DNA of 64,000 nt from Azolla caroliniana. Its lineage: Eukaryota; Plantae; Polypodiophyta. Under the pieces are notes generated by a model, which did not search any database, was not told where the DNA came from, and saw only the letters and a program-made list of their open reading frames with translations. The DNA is taken from the NCBI GenBank assembly GCA_043228905.1, contig JBHGNT010000006.1, positions 5,704,001-5,768,000 on the forward strand, in the 5' to 3' direction. Of this stretch, positions 59,515 through 64,000 are shown in pieces (the first letter of the stretch is position 1; each line of letters opens with the position of its first letter). The translations under genes were made by a program, and so were the position numbers.

Positions 59515-59644
59515 GGAGATAGCAAGGTTTACAAATGTAGGACAGCTTCTGGAAAGAATGGGGAAGGAGCTTCTTGGATCTTCATATAAAGATCCTATTT
59601 CCAGTTTCAATAACCTGCAGAAGTTCTCAGTTGAAAACTCAAAG
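59515..59644 (+). CDS. AAE17: AAE17/18-like exon 2
   Basis: AG acceptor, phase-consistent with exon 1: EIARFTNVGQLLERMGKELLGSSYKDPISSFNNLQKFSVENSK, GT donor. Confidence 0.85.
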
Positions 59645-59715
59645 GTATATGCTGTGTTCTTGTCTAGAATGCATACTTTAGATAAGATTCACTTCTCACA
59701 CATGGCATTGCACTA

Positions 59716-60409
59716 TTATATATCAGTTCAATTGTATGGTCATAATAGTTCATTTATGATATTTGATCTCTATTGGGAAGGTCATGACAGTTCGTTTATT
59801 ATATTTCGGCTCTATTGGGAAGGTCATAATATATTTTAGCTCTACTGTTAAGGTCATAATTACTCGATTATTATATATTTTAGCTTGATTGATAAGGTCA
59901 TAATAACTCATATATTCTATATTTCAGCTCTAATTGAAGTTCAGAATAGTTTATTCATTTCTATTTGGAAGGTCATAATAGTTTACTTACTATATTTCTG
60001 CTCTATTGGAAGGTCATAACAGCCTATTTAATATATATTAGCTCGATTAGAAGTTCAGGATAGTTTCATCTACATTTAGAAGGTTATAATAGTTCATTTA
60101 CTATATATCAGCTCTATTGGGTGGCCATTATAGCTTATTTGATATATTTCAGCTAGATTAGAAGGTCATGATAGTTTGTTTATTATATTTCAGCTCGATT
60201 GAAACGTCACACTAGTTAATTTATTATATTTCAGCTCTATTCGAAATTCGAACAGTTGATTTACTATCATAAACTCCATTGAAAGGTCATAGTGGATGAA
60301 CTCGACCTGAAAATTTCATGCAGAACTAATTACATCTATTATAATTAAACTCAGTTCGAAGGTCATAATAGTTTATTTGTTATATTTCAGCTCTATTGGA
60401 AGGTCATAA
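59716..60409 (+). repeat. ~41-bp minisatellite (~17 degenerate copies) spanning the intron 2/exon 3 junction
   Basis: Consensus TAGTTTATTTATTATATTTCAG|CTCTATTGGAAGGTCATAA; the last copy is the real acceptor plus exon start. Confidence 0.9.
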
Positions 60410-60647
60410 TGGATGAACTAGATGTTAAATTTCATACTGAACCTGAGTGCATTTTGGACACTGATAATCTTGAAGACTGTCCTGGAGGAAGATGGTTGCC
60501 AGGAGCATGCCTCAATGCTGCAGAAAGCTGTCTGCGATCACACAAAGGGCGAAGAGACGAAGACATTGCTCTTCTATGGAGGGATGAAGGAATGGATGAT
60601 GAACCATTAAAATCTCTTTCATTTGGGAAGCTCAGAGCAAAAGTGAG
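60391..60647 (+). CDS. AAE17: AAE17/18-like exon 3
   Basis: TTTCAG acceptor, LYWKVIMDELDVKFHTEPECIL...PGGRWLPGACLNAAESCL...WRDEG, GTAATT donor. Confidence 0.88.
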
Positions 60648-61035
60648 GTAATTTTATGGTTTTGTATTTCTGTCTGAATTAACCTGTGTTGTCTTTGGTA
60701 GTTTTAGTTTTTCCAATTTTGTGACATGGAATTAGAGGCTCTTTTTCCTGCCATATTTGTAGTTTCTCTTTCTATCTTGTAACTATTTTAGTGCTCTTTC
60801 TCAATTCAAGTAGTTGCTAGCTGCAGCTTTATCTCTCTTCCTTCCTTTCACTAAGATAGTGATAGATATTTTGTTTCTGAGAGGTATGTGAAATTATTGG
60901 CCTTAATCTATTTGTTAACCATGATTCACTGTTTGACAACAGATTTAATTCTAAAAATAATTAAAGCATCTGTTTTCTTAAAAGAAAAATACTAGAATGT
61001 GCTAATTTATCTCATTATGTTTTCATACCATGTAG

Positions 61036-61240
61036 CCAGGTAGCCACTGCATTGGATGTCCATGGTTTCTCGAAAGGAGATGCCATCGCTGTAAATATGC
61101 CTATGACTATCTGGGCAGTTATCATTTATCTTGGAATAGTACTTTCCGGGCGTGTTGTAGTGTCAATAGCTGACAGCTTTGCAGCTTCTGAGATTAAAAC
61201 CCGTCTCATTATTTCAAAGGCCAAGGGGATCTTCACTCAG
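61036..61240 (+). CDS. AAE17: AAE17/18-like exon 4
   Basis: QVATALD...[12 protein letters not shown]...[17 protein letters not shown]...IFTQ, with phase-consistent AG/GT. Confidence 0.88.
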
Positions 61241-63049
61241 GTATGTTTTCACATGAACTCATGGAGCACAAACTTTTAGGATATGTAAAAACAATTTGGT
61301 ATATGATACATGCCAGTTATTATTGATAGTTTTTTGTAGATTATATTGAGAAGAACTAGTACATATGTTATTAGATGCAGTAATTGAATTCTGCCCAAGT
61401 GAAGAAAGTTTATCTACAATAAGTGAAATAAGGGTTGGCACTAAGTTGACTGTGACTTAGAATATATGGAATGGCACTGGACTTCCTGGTTGATTAAGTT
61501 ATAAGATGTCGTTGAGGCTTTTCCAACTTCTAAATTCCCAAAGTGACTGATTGTCTCAAAATTACCCGACATGGTATGCATACACGTGAAAGTTCATTGA
61601 CCTCACCTCACTGCTATGAATTAACAAATTACTCTAATCAATGGTACAATTTCCGTAGGTTGCTTGAATGTTACCTATGCTTTGTGATTAGATTATACAA
61701 GCTCCAATATTATGAAGATTACATTATTTATTTATTTAATTGATACAGTGTTTGACTTTTTCTCACTTTTATTTACACAGTAATCCATTCTATTATCCTC
61801 CCCTACACATGCCGTATGATATCTACACTGAACAAAACGAAATGATCATATAAAAGTTATCAAGGTTATAGCTGAGAAACCAACATATGGAACTGTCACC
61901 ACTTCATAAATTATATTACCTTACTGGGAATCTTTGCTTATCGCTGATATGGTAAATCCTTACTTGAAAGGATACAGATGCATTTGATTGGAAAATTGAT
62001 CAAAGCTCACTATAAATCACCAAGAGAACTTCTTTTCTCAATCTATATGATAAGGATATTGTTTGTTGGATTCTTGCTTTGGATTCAGGTGAAGTGATCC
62101 TTGACTTCAAATTAGGAAAGTAATATTACATCAACAGGTGATAATGAAAAGTAATGTGAAATATATCAAAAGAATAAATAAATAAATAAAATGATCAAGG
62201 AAAATAAATATATCAAAAGATAAAATTACAACAATTCTGATTACATAGAAAATCACCAACTGCAGCTAAAGCAAAAATATTTAATGACTCTAATAAAAAA
62301 TTGCTGATTACAAAGAAACTAACCAAATTCAGCAAAAGTATTTTAATTCAAAATAAATAGATACAATAGCTCTAACCCAAGGTGTAGGCTTCTAATGTGA
62401 ATTTCTTTTGAACTTTTAAATATCCCAGAAAGCAGTTGCCTAATGCTATGTTCTTTAAAGGAAATATTTACTTTTACATGTACAGAGTTTTGCTGATATT
62501 TAAAATGCTATAAATGTTTCTCATCTCACAGAAAATATTACACTCAATGTTTATTAATTTTTTTGAGAAGGGAAAGTGAGTGTTTTATAATTTGCAAGAG
62601 TTCTTCTAGTCAAAACCAAAGTGCTTTAATTCATACCAGCTTTATATAATTATTCACTGTAGTATAAAACAATGTTTCTTTTTATTTCTTCATATAGATG
62701 CCTTTGGCCCTTGTAAGCCAATTGACCAAGTACAAATCTTATTTTCATATAAATAGATATTCTTCATTATCATGTTCTTCATTTGGACCCTGAAATAGAA
62801 AACAGGTAAAATCTGGGATGTGAAGAAACTTCTCTCCTGTTAAAGACTACAGAATGTCAGATCCAGCCATAGCACGTAAAATTGAATCCACTTCAATGAT
62901 CATTCTGTAGTCCCCCAAAACAGGGCTATTGTTTTTGTTCACTCGTGCAGAATCACATGCTTAATTTCTGTATAAAATGAAAACTAAATTTATTGACCTG
63001 GAGCTTGATGGCTTAAAAAACTGATGTTCTGAAACTATTAATTTTGCAG

Positions 63050-63090
63050 GATGTAATTGTGCGAGGCTCAAAAACACTTCCATTGTACAT
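63050..63090 (+). CDS. AAE17: AAE17/18-like exon 5 (41 bp)
   Basis: TGCAG acceptor, DVIVRGSKTLPLY, GTATGT donor. Confidence 0.8.
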
Positions 63091-63360
63091 GTATGTACAA
63101 AGAAAAGTCATCTTCGATCATTTTTGCCTTAAATATTACAAAATTTGAAGGATTGGCAAAGGTTTTATATTCTTGAGTGTTGGCAAAGTTAGGATGGCAG
63201 CACATTAGCATACTAAATTAAAATTTTATGCATTACAAACATGAATGCATGATAGGTTCCAGATTTGCAAATATCAAACATTTTATAATCAAACAATGCG
63301 ATGACAATGTCGTCAGGTTGTCAGAAATCTGCTTCTTACTATGTCATCTTATGCTTGCAG

Positions 63361-63489
63361 GAGATTGGTCGAATGTGAAGCACCTACAGCAATTGTTCTT
63401 CCAGTTGATGGAACAACATTGGCAGTGACTTTACGGGAAGGAGATATTTCTTGGAATGGTTTTTTGGCTAATGCTGAGAGCACAAGCAG
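63361..63489 (+). CDS. AAE17: AAE17/18-like exon 6; the gene continues beyond the window
   Basis: TGCAG acceptor, RLVECEAPTAIVLP...LREGDISWNGFL, GTAAAT donor. Confidence 0.82.
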
Positions 63490-64000
63490 GTAAATTTTGC
63501 TGCATGGAACTCAGAATTCACATTTTGAAGGAAATAAAGAAAGATATGTATTAAACAAATAAAAATGCCTATATTTTGTCACATTTAGTTCTCTTTGTTG
63601 CTTTTGAATATTCAATTGCTGAACTTGGTCTTGTTGAAAAGAAAATACCCTAGGAGAAGTATTAAAAGAACAGTAGTGAACACAATAGAAGAAAGAAGAC
63701 ATTGGGGGCCCTGTGGATTTTAATTTTAAAGACTTCTATTTTCCAATCATGATGGTGCAGATTGATTAAACTATGCACATTGTATCCCCAATATTTGAGT
63801 GTGAATCTAATACATTATGTGCATCTTAGAACTCTTTCCTTTATTAGCATTTGAACCCATAGGTTGTGATGCTCTCATAATGTGTATATAATGTCTTGTT
63901 GCTTTGATTGTAAGCTTGGCTACATGATAATTAGGTAGTCCTTACATCAACTGATTGTGATTGGAAGTCTTTTAAATGATAACACATAGACTTGAATCCT

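Overview
Plant nuclear DNA, most likely from a non-seed land plant (inferred from the Tcn1-like and tRNA-Trp-primed Gypsy lineages). Positions 1-52.6 kb are a deeply nested retrotransposon island whose junctions can mostly be resolved to the base from LTR ends and target-site duplications (TSDs). The nesting is: Tcn1-like Gypsy K (8837-42037) > Copia C (10257-34293) > chromovirus D (13805-32127) > solo LTRs E and F > an intact Tnt1/Tork-like Copia H (15318-20898) inside E and a protease-less Gypsy G (23479-28245) inside F. A near-identical sister Copia J (35420-41079) sits in K's gag. A second Tcn1-like element L (46241-51915) sits in a gag-only element M. LINE fragments follow, then the first six exons of an AAE17/AAE18-like acyl-activating enzyme gene (from 56539, + strand, running off the window). 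Most notable signals: (1) a tRNA-Trp-primed Gypsy lineage that makes 4-bp TSDs centred on CpG; (2) tRNA-like Pol III A/B-box modules inside the U3 of three different LTR families; (3) a ~17-copy minisatellite built from the gene's own exon-3 splice acceptor; (4) a sharply recombinant 5' gag block between H and J; (5) self-priming and -1 frameshift cassettes in K and L.
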